A stretch of 64,000 nucleotides of DNA from Paraspadella gotoi. Lineage: Eukaryota > Animalia > Chaetognatha. Positions 38,903 through 51,893 of the stretch are shown here, in pieces. The notes under the pieces were generated by a model. The model made no database searches. It saw nothing but the letters and a program-made list of their open reading frames with translations, and had not been told where the DNA came from. The stretch spans positions 22,842,833 through 22,906,832 of the forward strand of contig CM119263.1 of NCBI GenBank assembly GCA_051294375.1, in the 5' to 3' direction. Numbering within the stretch: position 1 is the first letter of the stretch; each line of letters opens with the position of its first letter. A program made the translations under genes and the position numbers.

Positions 38903-39553
38903 TGAAGAGACAGTAATCATTGCTTATGGTTTAATGACAGAACCGTTCAATATAAGGAGTCCTGAGCTTCGGATCAGGCTGCAACACCGTGTTACAGGCG
39001 GGTTAAGCGCCCCGTCCCTCTTAACTGCTAGGCGCCACCAGGCTAGAACCCCGGAACTTTGGGTTGGGAGGCGAATGAATTGCCTCCGGCACCAATGGCG
39101 GCTGATGAACGGTTGGTGGATTTTAGTCCACCATACATCCCCCCCTCCCGTAGGGAGAAGTCTGTTGCGTCTCTTCAGTGAATTGTTGTTGTTGGTGGAA
39201 AGTTCGTCACCAAGTTGAGGCACGTCGCCTGATGTGTTGTTGGCGGAAAGTGCATCGCCAGGTTGAGGCATGTTGCCTGAAAGTGTTGTTGTTGCTGCTG
39301 TGTTCGGAAGTCGGGCTCATCAATGAAGAGACAGTAATTATTGTTATGTGTTAATGACAGAACCGTTCAATATAGCAGTCCCTGAGCTTCGATCAGGCTG
39401 TAACACGTGTTACAGGCGGGTTAAGCGCCCCGTCCCTCTTAACTGCGAGGCGGCCACGGGCTAGAACCCCGGACCTTTGGGTTGGGAGGCGAATGACTTG
39501 CCTCCGGCCACAATGGCCGCTGATGAACGGTTGGTGGATTTTAGTCCACCATA
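38903..39553 (-). mobile_element. TRIM family 1, copy 3, intact, antisense in GPCR intron 1
   Basis: LTRs at 38903-39135 and 39324-39553, TSD GCGG. PPT present, PBS with one substitution. Confidence 0.92.
38956..39028 (-). ncRNA. Type-P5 twister candidate with a consensus core (partner at 39375-39446)
   Basis: GAGG-GA-CGG-GGCGCU-U^AA-CCC-GC...CCUGA-U-CCG-AA-GC-UCAGG is intact. Predicted cut at 39005/39004. Confidence 0.72.
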
Positions 39554-42500
39554 GCGGTAAGCAGCTAATCAGATGTCTGTCTTTCTTTCTTTAAATAAAA
39601 AAAAAGGAATATTTTCTATACATATTATACATTAGATGTGATGTTAAATGTGATGACAATCATTTATTGATGCAAGCAAAGTCAATAAATACAATGTTAG
39701 TAAATCGTTAACGCGATAATAATTAATGACAATTTGTTATTGACAGTTATTATATTATAAAATTGTTCTTCAATTATAACAGATCAAGGATGCGATAAAA
39801 GTCATTGATGCCATGATAGTGATTCATTGATGTGATTATAAATATTCATGGAAGTGATGATAGTCATTAGTCATTCAGAAATACGATGATAGTCATAAGA
39901 TAATCATTCATAATTGAAATGATAACGGTTTATTGTTGCGATAAGAATTTATGGATGCGTCAAGTTAATGTGACGTTTTTTTTTTCCATTTCTGTTCACA
40001 CAATTCCATCGAAACTTCATATCTAACTTTAATAATTAAAACATTTATGAGTAAACATCAGTAAAAAATTTAATTCAATTTGACTTTGATTTTTTCCATT
40101 AAAACTCATTTCCACTCGTATGATTTAATCAAAACTTTGTACCTGCTCAATCATACACTTTCCTAACCAAACAAAATTTTATTTCAATCCATCCATGAAA
40201 TCACGAGTATTTGAAGTTTTTTTTGCTAATGTGGGAATGACGGACGGACGGATGGACAACATTTTTTTAACATAAAATTTATTATAATTTGATGTTCTGA
40301 CATGATCTAAGTGAATGCCTGATAAGATTGAGGGGGCGGACCGACGGACCGTCAAAGGGGATTATAGAGTCGGGATCTGCTGATAAGCATAAACAATTTT
40401 AAACATATTAAAAATAAACATAAACATTAAGAAATTGGGGGAAAGGTGAAGGGGGAAAGGTGAAGGAGGAAAATAAGTGTTGGATTAAGGAAGACTAAGA
40501 AAGCTATATAGAAGAAACCAAAGAAAAGGGCCTGCGTAAAGACACTATTGCGATTCAGGGTGTTCGCTGGGTACATACGTTTCTTCAGAGTGACAAAGTA
40601 GGTATTCAGAAGAGGGACGTTGATTCATTTTTTTTTTCTTCAAAAACTAGTGCAAAATATGAAGTTCTTTTTCGACTTCACTCCCCGAAGTCGCGCGATC
40701 GAGACGTTGCCCGTACTTTGAAGTTTGACGATGAATAACAGAAAGAGAGAAACTTTATTGTACAGAAAAATCCCCTATAACCAATATTCTGGACGGGAAA
40801 AATGTTAAAAGGTAAGTCTTAATCTAAACTACAAAGAAAGTCTTTCTTTCTCTCCAAAAATCGACAACGGCCATGCAAAAGACCGGTAAAATTAATGAGC
40901 TGACCAATAAAAGAAGGCTAAAATAACTCAGATATAATGAGGACTTAAGATAAACCGAAAATCATGAGAGAGAGACAGAAAAATATAAGGGTATGGCATA
41001 ACATTTATCACAAAGCCTGTCACAAATATTAGTAAAAGTAAATGTTCTAAAATTGGATTTGATTGAGAATGAGAATGAGCCAGTGTTGGTTATATACGAC
41101 TACCATTCAATTCATTGTTAAAGTTAAAATGATAATGATTGCGAAGATTGTGAATGTGAGGATTGCTCAATTTTGGACGCATTGCCTTTTCTCTGAGTCA
41201 GTCGACAGTCTCGATTCTCCCAGTTTAATTACACATTTTACGGTTTCATAATTCTTTTAATTCCTCTCTCATGGGAAAGAGGTTTGGCGTCTTATTGTTT
41301 TTTCCCTAAATTAGTTTTTTTTCCCCGCAACTGAAAAATAATTTTTTCTCCTGGATTCATCATAAATTTTTATTAAAATCGCAAAACTACTTAAGATTTT
41401 TTAAAAAGTATTAACTCCAGAATTATAATACATTTAGATTAAAAAGGCAAGTTACTTATAATGAAAAAGTTAAGATTGATTTTATTTCGTTGAGTTTATC
41501 TCGCACTATTTGAAATGGATAAGAATAATAGTATTGTTTGGTTTCTCTTTGAATAGCCTCATCATCATCATCATCTCGAATTTACAAAGGAAATAGAAAA
41601 CAGGATTTTTTCCTCCCATTTAAAATGCTGGTCGTTTTTGGTTCGAAAACGCTGTTCAAATAATCGTCTCGGAAAATGGTCGTCGAAATTGTGCAGGGCC
41701 TCTCAAGCGAGCGGCGAGGTAGGCAATCATGAGGGCAAAGACTTTTTTTGCTCAACGTCATTTGCGAGGGACGATCTTGCATGGAACCGGCATCGCAGCA
41801 GAACAATCTGATTGATGACGCTAACGAGAATCTAAGTTTTTTTCGACGGTGGAGCAACGACAAAGTCTGAGATAATTCTTTCCGCGAAACCGTCAATCAA
41901 AAAAATCGGAATGAAATGTCGCCGAATCCCAGGCGATTTGTCATTCAAGAATCTATATCGCTATGTAGAAAATGTAATTTTTATCAAATACAAAAACAAT
42001 TTTCGCTGGGGGGAAACTTGGCCATATTTCTTTCCACACGCCCACCCTCAGAAAATGGAACCATTCGTCAAAAGGAGATCTCACTCGACGAACTCGCCCA
42101 TCTCCCAGAAACGGGCCGCCATTTTGTCGCCGACGACGCGTAAATCTTGTAACGTCATGCGTCGCGGTCGTTTTCATCGCGTTATCTTAATCGTTTCTGT
42201 AGTTTCGATAGGAGAATAGTTGTTGTCATTTTTGCGTCGGTTTTATCAATGGCTTTTCGTGAGTCTAGTGAAAAAAAGTTTTCTGTCCGCACGGGATAAT
42301 AAAGAATGTTAAACATTAAAAATATATATGTAGTAATTATATAGTAAGATAATTTATCATGGAAGAATTTGCTATTAATTACAATTGACATTGCATGAAT
42401 TAAAAATGCATGAAAACGATATTCGGAATAATAAAAAAGGAAAATGTTATCTTGAGTACCGAAACCTGGAGATAAATGAGCTCTGGAGGCATATGGAAAA

Positions 42501-43984
42501 CAAATCACAAATAAAAACTCTGTTACTTTGTAAATATCTATCAAAGGCAACGAAAAAAAGAAATACTATAAAGACTAATGTTTAAAAAAAAAAGAAATCC
42601 TTCACCCGTAAAGCGTTTTTAATATCATTGGTGTTACGGTCTTAAATTTTATTAACTTTATATTTTCATCTTCTTTCTCTTCGTTTTCCAGAGCGTATTC
42701 AACTCCGGGATCGCCAAAGTGCAAGATAAATTTTTTTCTGTCTCCATAGATTAAAAAATGTAAAAAGAACGGCACGAATCAAGTCGTAACTGCTGTAGTA
42801 CTTCGTTGATAAAATATTTCTACCCCAAATAAGGTTGGGTTATTTTTTTTTAATATCGACTCGGCGTAGAACGAGAGACCTTCTCAGTCTCGCGTATTTT
42901 CCCAACTCGCGGAATCTTTCTTGCCACCGAAAAAGTCATTTTACTAAACAGAGATCCGACGGGCGACTTTCCATTGTGACGCCGCGTACTGTTCCATGTT
43001 TTTCTTGATGGAAATCGTTATGATCGAAACACACCGAGTATCTTTCCATCGATGATTTCCCAATGGGTTTTGTAAAAAATATTTTTAGTATATATGGCTT
43101 TAAAAGTTTTTTATCTTTTAAGATAAAGTTTGATGTAATAGTAATTGATTGATTGATGTAATAGTAATTGATGGATTGATGTAATAGTAATTGATTGATT
43201 GATGTAATAGTAATTGATTGATGTAATAGTAATTGATTTATTGATGTAACAGTAATTGATTGATTGATGTAATAGTAATTAATTGATTGATGTAATAATA
43301 ATTGATTATTGCAATGATAAACAAATATTGATGCAATGATAACCAAATATTAATGCTATGATAACCAAAGGATTGATGCGATGATAACCAAATGATTGAT
43401 GCAATGATAACCAAATATTGATACAATGATAACCAAATGATTGATGCGATGATAACAAAATGATAGATGCGATGATAACCGAATGATGAATACGATGATA
43501 GTCATTCATTGATGCGATAATAATTATTCATTTACGCGATGATAATTATTCATTGATCCAAAGATAATCATTCATTGATGCGATGATAGTCATTCATTGA
43601 TGCGATTATAGTCATTCATTGAGAAGATGAGTCATTCATTGTAAATAAAAATAAACAAATGCGAGTGTGAGAGAGAGAGAGAGAAAGAGAGAGCTGGACA
43701 GCCGCTGCAGAGCGAACTCGTTTTTAGGCGAATCAGAAGAAGCTGCGACGGAAAAAAGAGAGAGCGACATATAATAATAATTAAAAGAGAGAGAGAAATT
43801 GAAAAATTAGAAAAATTGTTTCGTAAATAAAACATAAACAAATGAGTGGAGGAATATAAAACATAATGATGATTGAAAAGGGTTTTTATTTTTTAATGTG
43901 CACTTATGTACGAGATAAGTTTTTCTCCAGTTTAATTTTCCGACTTCTTAGTATAATAATCTCAGTGGTTCTCCACAGACCCGG

Positions 43985-44273
43985 ATAACAAAGTCATAGT
44001 CATAAATGTGGATAAGGCTCTAAGTGGGGTTGAAAAGTGCTATCTTTAAGCCCCACCTGAACGGGTCCTGGGCTTGGAACCACGCCCCCAAGGCGGCTTT
44101 CGGCCGTCCTCACGCTTCCCACAGGGGAGGTACCAGGTTGGGATTGAACCCAGTCCCTAGTGGTAATGAGCTGATGGCTTTACTCAATGAGCCACCGGGT
44201 CACGACAGAAGGTGTCATGCTTATAGACGGGGTGAACCTAGGCTATGCCCGACTAGACCTAAAATATACAATT
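43985..44273 (-). mobile_element. tRNA-headed SINE-like element carrying a twister candidate (family 4)
   Basis: The minus-strand head starts at 44201 with A box TGGCTCATTGAG and B box GGTTCAATCCC. The 3' tail is TATGACTATGAC. The direct repeat ACCCGG (43979-43984 / 44274-44279) may be a TSD. Confidence 0.65.
44056..44125 (-). ncRNA. Type-P5 twister-like motif, family 4
   Basis: CCUGUGGG-AA-GCGU-GA-GGA-CGGCCG-A^AA-GCC-GC-CUUGGGGG-CGUGG-U-UCC-AA-GC-CCAGG-A-CCCGUUCAGG. Pseudoknots UCC/GGA and GC/GC. It has A instead of U at -1 and one P4 mismatch. Confidence 0.55.
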
Positions 44274-44734
44274 ACCCGGGACTCCAATTGACAGTTCAGC
44301 GTGACGAGTATGATTAACCTTCCCCGACCCCCCGTCCAAAAAAAAGTAAGAACCGCGTTGGGAAAATCGAAAGAGCGAAGAGACATTAGAGGAATTGAGG
44401 AGAGAAACGACCTCAAGAAATGATTGGGTGACGACATGGACTTGTGGGGTTATTGGGGCCGGAGAGGAACGAGTTTGGGGAAGTCGTTGGGTGGAGCGAT
44501 AAAAAAAGCGGGATGGAAACTGCAGTTAAATGGCCGAAAAGAAAATGGTCCGATGATGAGACGGAAGTGGTCGCTTTGGAACGGAAATAAAAAGTTGTGA
44601 TCGGAATTTGAAAAGATTTACCGTTGGCGTTGTTGTTTTTTATTGGCGATGGGGGATTAAGAGGATTAAAGATTAATTCCAAGACGGCTGGGCTCGGAAA
44701 GCTCAGTTGGGAACGTCGGGCAACTTTGACCGAA

Positions 44735-44793
<59 letters not shown>

Positions 44794-46682
44794 CCTTTCC
44801 CCATTCCATCTAGCCATAACTGCTCAAAGATCAAGAGTTGAAGACGTCTCCCATGGCCGCAATAATGGATGGGATTTGCCATTTGCCTTTCGACCTCGTA
44901 ACCTCACCTGTCCCCTCCTATTCGCTTCTTTGTCTTCCTCTTTGCAAATCGCCTTTTTTCGAAAAAAAAAAAAAAATAAATAAAACGGGACATGAAAAAG
45001 AAGATAACTACAAGAAAAAAATAAGAAGATAATGGCTACCTCAATCGCGACCAGACGGCGTTTCAAAACAAACATTTAACGTCACGCAGGTTCTGAGATA
45101 AAAACACCATGCAACCATGATACGAAAATAGAAACAACAGGGAACGGTTATTCCAAGGAGTTGCGCCGCATTACTTTTCTTTTTTACATATCATATTATT
45201 TATTCCTTATAGTTTATAAATTTTTTTTTAAAACAAAAGGCGGCGCCAGTAGTCGCTTAGATTTGATTTTTAACAAATGAGCAACAAACTATAGGCTAGT
45301 TATAAGCGTTTTTAACGTAAGTGGGACATATCGACGGACAGACATACCGACGGACCGACGGACCGAAAAGTGACTTATAACTAAAAACTTATGACTAAAA
45401 ACTAAACAAAAACCCTAAAAAACCTTGGTGAGATGCGACAAATCCGACGAAGACGCGAACGCGAAAAATATATTCGACGCTGCGAGGCGAATATCAAAGT
45501 GCAGAAGAAGTTACACACACACACACAAAATATATAACCAGTGACCAGCGTGATCGATGTTTTTTGTAGACGAGAGACATAAATGCTTAGAAAAAAAAAG
45601 AAGCGGGTGAGTTTGCGTCTCTTCCTCGTTCCTTTTTTTCTTGCTTTCGACACTTTTATGTATAACGTCCTCATCCCAAACAGATAAATAATATTATATT
45701 TAAATATTTTACACAAAAATATGTTAACAAATAAATAAAATCGTAAATAATAGTTATTTTAAATCTAAAAAATAAAAATTTTTTTCAACTTTCATACTTA
45801 TATTTCTCGGTGAAATCGAAGAGGGCGAAATATCCATCGATCTTTGTCGTTTAGTCTTTAGAATCGATTTCCCGCGCAATCTCATCGCGCGGATTTGACG
45901 TTCAAACTGACACAGCCAATGGCCAATGGCCAGTGAAGAATTGGAAAAGCTGTGAACGATGGACGAAAAGCGAGTGAAAGTTTTCGTAACCTTTGCCATT
46001 AAGGAGGACTCTGCGAGGACCAACAGGAATTTTGTCTCACGGGCCATTCTGTACAGACCATGGTATACTTTGAAATCGTTTTAGAATCACCCGTCAACCG
46101 TCATCGATTCGTCTCGGCTATAAAAATCCCCGTTCGACGCAGCTACCCCCATTCGGAGCTAAAATCAATTTATCTTCTTGGCCGTTTATTATTTTGATCT
46201 GTTTACGCCTTATTTTCACTTTGTTTACTTGTTCATATTGTACTGTACATATATACATATATTTCCGTATCATCTGGCTCTTTTTAAAGACGTATTTTAT
46301 ATTTAGCTTGTTAAAAAATGAGCAAAATGTTATAAATCTATTTTTTAAAAAAAGGTTCTTCCGGCTCGTTTGTACGCGAAGAGTACCGGCGATGCGAGAG
46401 GACCACTTGTCAACCAGATGACAAAGTATTCATTTTTCATCGTAAACTTATCGTCGTCGGAACGTCGCGTCTTCCTCGAAATACGAATGGCGATGAGGAA
46501 ACCTCTTTCTCTTTGCCGGTGAACGAGTCTTGTCACGTTCACAGCCGCAAATTCGTCCAAGCTGTCGCGACCTTTTTCTTCTCAACGGATTTTTTTCATT
46601 TCACGTTGTATCTTAATGACTTCATTATCTCCGCGATTTGGATGATAGTCACCCGCCCACATTCAACGTCCTCAAAATCGTT

Positions 46683-46719
<37 letters not shown>

Positions 46720-47346
46720 TCGTAGTTTTCCAGACCGATAGCCGACTTTTATTTCCCTGCTAAATCACAATTATCTCGCATTGTTTTAATCTAATTTTTA
46801 AACAAAAAATTATTTTACAATAATTTTAAAATAATTTTTACAGTACGCGTAATTCGTTTTATTTACACGGTTCCCTAGACACCCCGAAAAAGAAAATAGA
46901 AATAACCCATTTTTGAAACACAAAAAAATGAAAAATATAATGTTTTTACTACATCGTAGTGAAGTCGAAAAATTCTGATCCAAGCAAGTTTTTTTTTAAT
47001 TGAATTTTAAAGTTTTGTTATAATTTTTCATACAAAATAATGAGAAACTAATCAACGACTTTGTCATTCTTTGTCAAATTTTACTTTCTTTATATCAATC
47101 ATTATCTACTGAAAGAGAGCTTTAATTTGAACTTACTCTCATAAGCCTACGATTATTCGTTCTCAAGTTATTATTGAAAATAACTCAATTTATTACAAAA
47201 ATAGTAACCATTTTGTAATTATTACATGAAAGACTTAATCAATTCTTATTTAATAAAAAACTATAGAAATGTAACATACAATTGCTTAGCTTCAAAATTA
47301 ACCTAATTTTAAATTTTTCTTCAACCACTTTTAATATCACTTTTAA

Positions 47347-47450
47347 AGACAGGCGGCGCCACTCTGGGTCGCAAGCCCCTAAAGCCAACAGTGAGATGCC
47401 CCATCCAAATGGGCATCATAGGCGACCCGTCTACTTCCTTCGTTGCCATA
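47347..47450 (+). mobile_element. 3' fragment of a family 2 element
   Basis: GGGTCGCAAGCCCC...GCCAACAGTGAGATGCCCCATCC...GTTGCCATA, ending at the same terminus as the 50676 copy. Confidence 0.7.
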
Positions 47451-50263
47451 ATCTTTTATTTTTTATTTCAAAGATGACTCCTTAACCTTTTCTTTCCCGT
47501 CCATTCCTTTTTTACATCCCGCTTTCCCGTCATTCTCATTCTACAGAACTTCTTTGGCGTTCCGTTTAACACTGTGAAGATTATTTTCATTTCTCTTTGC
47601 TTACCGTATTTAGGTTCGTCCATTTTAGTTTTTTTTCCCTTTCTTCTCCATCCTCCTTCTTTCGTCACTCCCATGAATTCCTGTCATTTCTCCCTCCTTT
47701 ATCTTGCCCTTTCCCTTAAATAACCCTCATTGTCCTCTAACATACCTTCATCAGGCCACTACTTATCATTTTTATGAATCCCCCACCCTTTCCTGTCATT
47801 TCTCCTTTTTTCGTCCCGCCCTTTCCCTCAATTAGCACCCCTCTTTCCTCAAACTTACCCTAATCGCTGATGAAATCGGGTCCCTCCTTGTCATCGCTAC
47901 CTTTTTCGTCCCCAACCTTTCTCTAAAGTTGCCACTTCTGTCCTCAAGCTTACCCTTATCAAGCCCTCTTTGTTTTTATCTTTATCCTCATCAACCCCAC
48001 CCTCTGAGTCCCAGCTTTTTATATTTAGTTTAGTTTAGTCCCCACCCTTTCCTTTCATTTTTCCCTTCTTAGTCCCCTCCCTCTCTTACGAATCCCTTCC
48101 GCTTCGCGAGTCAGCGCTAATCATTTTTTCTCGACCTCTGGCGAAACATAAAAGGACGAAGGGTTCGTTGTTGTAGTTGCGTCAGTTGTTGTTGTTGTGT
48201 GGGTGATTGCTTATGTATTTTGGTGTTATGATGGTATTTTCTTTTAGATTTTTTTGTCATACATTATCCGGGCTCTTCTTCCTTACATACTCAATTACGT
48301 GTTAATTTTTTGCTAAAAGAATCCTTGAATGGTAAGTCTTGGGGCGAAATGCTCTTCGGTTTTTGGCAGATCTTCAAAAATATTTTTTTGAAGGGACTCA
48401 ATTGACGAATGTTTTAGACCACTTGTCTTTCGGGAGCTATAGCTCTTGAATACTACTTTTGGTATTGAAATTTTTGTTTTTAATTTAAATTGAGTTAGTT
48501 ATTTTTTCACTTTTTTTTAATTTGGGAATTCCTTTGGTTCATAAAGAAAAGAAGGAAAGATGCGTAACATCGGCGGCAGGAATGAAAAAAATCACGTTAA
48601 AGGTGTGGAAAAACATTTCACCTTCATACCTCAATTCGCTGTACGAGAGCATGCCCAGACGAATGTAAGCAGTAGTCGATAGCGAGGGAGAGCATACTAA
48701 ATATTGAGAATTTTTTACCTCTTTTTTGTATATTTTTCTTGCATAAATTAACTTCCTTCTATCAATCAGTGCTTGCGTGACTCTTTCCCTCCTTATTTTC
48801 CATCAGATTTTTTAAAGATTAATTTGGGTACTCGTTTCGATTGGACCGTGGGCGTGGAAAGTAAGAGCGGAAAAAGGTCAAGACGGGAGCGGTTCAGATC
48901 CGAGGTTCCGCCCAACTCGGATCTAGAAGATCCGCGGAGTATTTTTCAGAAAGAAGAAAAAAAAAAAAGGAAATGGAATCGAGGGCCTCCAGACCCCGAA
49001 CGCCGGAGAATTTCGAAATCCGGCGGGACGGAGAGGCGTTCACTGTACCGTAAATATTCCGGCGCGCATTGGCTAAAAAAAAAAAATGGAGAGAAGTCTT
49101 GACTCGTTGAGACTCAATTGTTACTATTTCTAGACACTCTTCTTGAACCTAAACTGCCATGATGCTCAGACAACGTAATTTGACGATCAGAATGGAATCG
49201 TAAAAATCGTAAAAGAGCCAGTTTGCTTCGTGAACGCGTAGAAAAGCGAACGAGGATTTAAACTGGTGGCAGACAGTCCTGTTGCAACGGTGGTGGTGAT
49301 AATGGTGGTGGTGGTGTATTGGCGTGGTGGCGCAATGACGCGAGTCTAGAACGAAGAGATTTTGACGACCCGACCCTTAAAAATGACCCGACCCGACCGG
49401 ATATAAACATCGGACTCTGACGCAAAAAACGAGGGAATCTTCTTTTCCAAAGAATCGAAAAGACGAAGTCGAGATTTGGAGTGAAAAAAAAAAAGATGGT
49501 GGATGGAGAGAGGGGGAAGTACGGTAGAGGGGGGGGATGGTAAGAGAGGGAGACGAGGAGGTGAGGAAGAGGGGAGAGATGGTAAGCTGCAAGTATTGTT
49601 GGAAAGGAATGGAAGAAGGTCACTGGGTAAGGTTGGATTGCAAATGACCTGGAGTAGTTGAAAAGAAGGAAGGAAATATAGAAAATGAGTGAGTATTATA
49701 TCCGTCTGTGTCTCTCTTTTTTTTTACCTCATTCAAACATAATCTTAAAGTGGCGTTAAGAAATCGTCAAAACAAATAACCGTAGAAAACAAACGATGAT
49801 TTACTACCACTTTTCAAAAAATGTTTTGCTCTTTTCTCTCTCTCTCTCTCTTTCTCTCTCTTCCCTTTATCCCCCCTATTTTTTTTACCCAAATGGTTTT
49901 TGAAAGAAAACATCACGATTGAAGCGACCAAAAAACAGCCATTTCTATCCAAACAGTGATAAAAATTTTATTACAAACAAACAGTAAAGGGAATGTTCGA
50001 TGCGAGGCTCTGTTTCCCTCATCACTTCACACACTTGTCTCAACCTTTCAAGCTTTTCTGACATTAACGCTTTCAGTTTCACACCCTTTTTTTCCGATTT
50101 TTTATAATCTCCACTTATATTTATTTTCTCCTGTTGGTTGTACTCTTTTGATCCAATGAACTTTACCGCTTTTTAATCTTTTCAATCTTTCCTACGTATT
50201 TTAATCTCATTTTATACCTGAACCCATTACATATTCCATTCTGTCTCCACTCGCTCTCTCTCG

Positions 50264-50340
<77 letters not shown>

Positions 50341-50675
50341 CCAGTTGCTTCGTTTAAATCCACCCGCTGCCGTTCTCCTTTCCTCCTCACTGATAACTTT
50401 TCACACCTCACTTCTCACTCCTCCCTCCTCCCTTCACACTCCTCATTGCCCAAGCCAAGTCTTCCCCCCAAAAAAACATTTCTTTTCCCCCTTCAATTTC
50501 TCGCGTGATTTCGCTTTCGCCACATCTCTCTCTCTCTCTCTCTCTTCGTCTGGAATTTTCTGTCTGGATTCTCGCCACGCTCTCGTCGTAAAAAAGAGAT
50601 GTTTACGGTCCGCGCTCGTTTTTCTCTTTTTTGATTCAAACAATGCTAATGATGATGGGGATATAAAGGAAGCAT

Positions 50676-50915
50676 TATGGCAACAGTCGGGTTGCCTGTG
50701 ATACCCATTGGCCTTGAGGGCTTCCGACCCTCAGTGACGCCTCCTGTCACTGGCGCGGTTACCCTAGGACGGTCTCGCTTTGCCAACGCAGAACCAGAGG
50801 GAAGTCGTGAGGACTGTGGATGGAACTCAACGCTTGGGATGGAGTGTTCCCCCTCTGAGCCAACGGAATTGGCTGAATGATGGTGGATGTGAGGCGGTGT
50901 GGATATACCGCTACA
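50676..50915 (-). mobile_element. Family 2 solo-LTR-like element, 240 bp, with a twister candidate at 50708-50786
   Basis: 4-bp TSD GCAT (50672-50675 / 50916-50919). Twister-sense termini TGTAG...CCATA and an A-box-like TGGCTCAGAGG. P4 GAGG/CCUC is perfect. Predicted cut at 50761/50760. Confidence 0.8.
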
Positions 50916-51298
50916 GCATTTTAAAAAAATAAAGAGGTCTGTTTGTTAAGAATTAAGTAGCCGCTTTCGTTAGCGGTGTCGGCGCCATGTAGAATAGCAT
51001 AAGATTATTTTAATTAGCAGTCGTGACGAGAAATTGGGCGAGTATTATCGTATATTATGCAGCGTCGTCTATAGTTTAATTGGAAACGGGGCACAGTCAA
51101 TTTGACATAAAATTTTGATTCTTCCCCGCGCGTTGCTTTTGGAAACAGAAACAACCTTGTACAAAAGATTTTACATTAGAAATAGAATATGAAAGGAAAA
51201 TCGTTATGATAAAATTTGGGAATGAATGAAGAACAAAAATTAATTACGCTGATATGTGAAATGCGAAATAAAAACATAAAACATAAAACATAAAACAA

Positions 51299-51608
51299 TA
51301 TTTTGATGCTAGTGCGGAGTACAATAAGTATTCCCCGATCTAATACTTAAGGGAGTGGTCTTTTCATACAATTGAAACATTCTTTGAAATATTTTCCACT
51401 TCATTGATAGGGAAGCCAGGTACTCTGGGAGTGAATAAACGAGACTGTGAGAGAGTCTTGATTGAAAGCTTGCAGGGACCTGCTATGTCATTATCTTGTA
51501 AGAGTGATGGAGGCCTTAAACCACCAAAGCCTGTCCAAAGTCAGGGGCAAGATAGCTTATTTATTAAATGAATGGATAATTTTTATATTGGTTGTACCAA
51601 TTTCATAA
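51299..51608 (+). mobile_element. Dispersed monomer of the 324-bp repeat, with a twister candidate at 51492-51554
   Basis: Near-perfect reverse complement of the 7588-8602 unit. Predicted cut at 51517/51518. Confidence 0.9.
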
Positions 51609-51826
51609 GTAAATATATTTGTGAGTGCTAAAGTATTTCTAATATAAAAGTTACAAGTTTTTTAGACTAATAAGTATAGTTTATAATTAAATTTATGTAT
51701 TAAACCTGAGTTATTAAAAGTAAATTTATTTTGAATTAAAGATTTTGATATTTAATTCTAAATATTAGCTTCATTTACTGTATTTGTGATTGTATGAATG
51801 TGAGCGGGAGATTAGTATCTTCTGTC

Positions 51827-51893
<67 letters not shown>

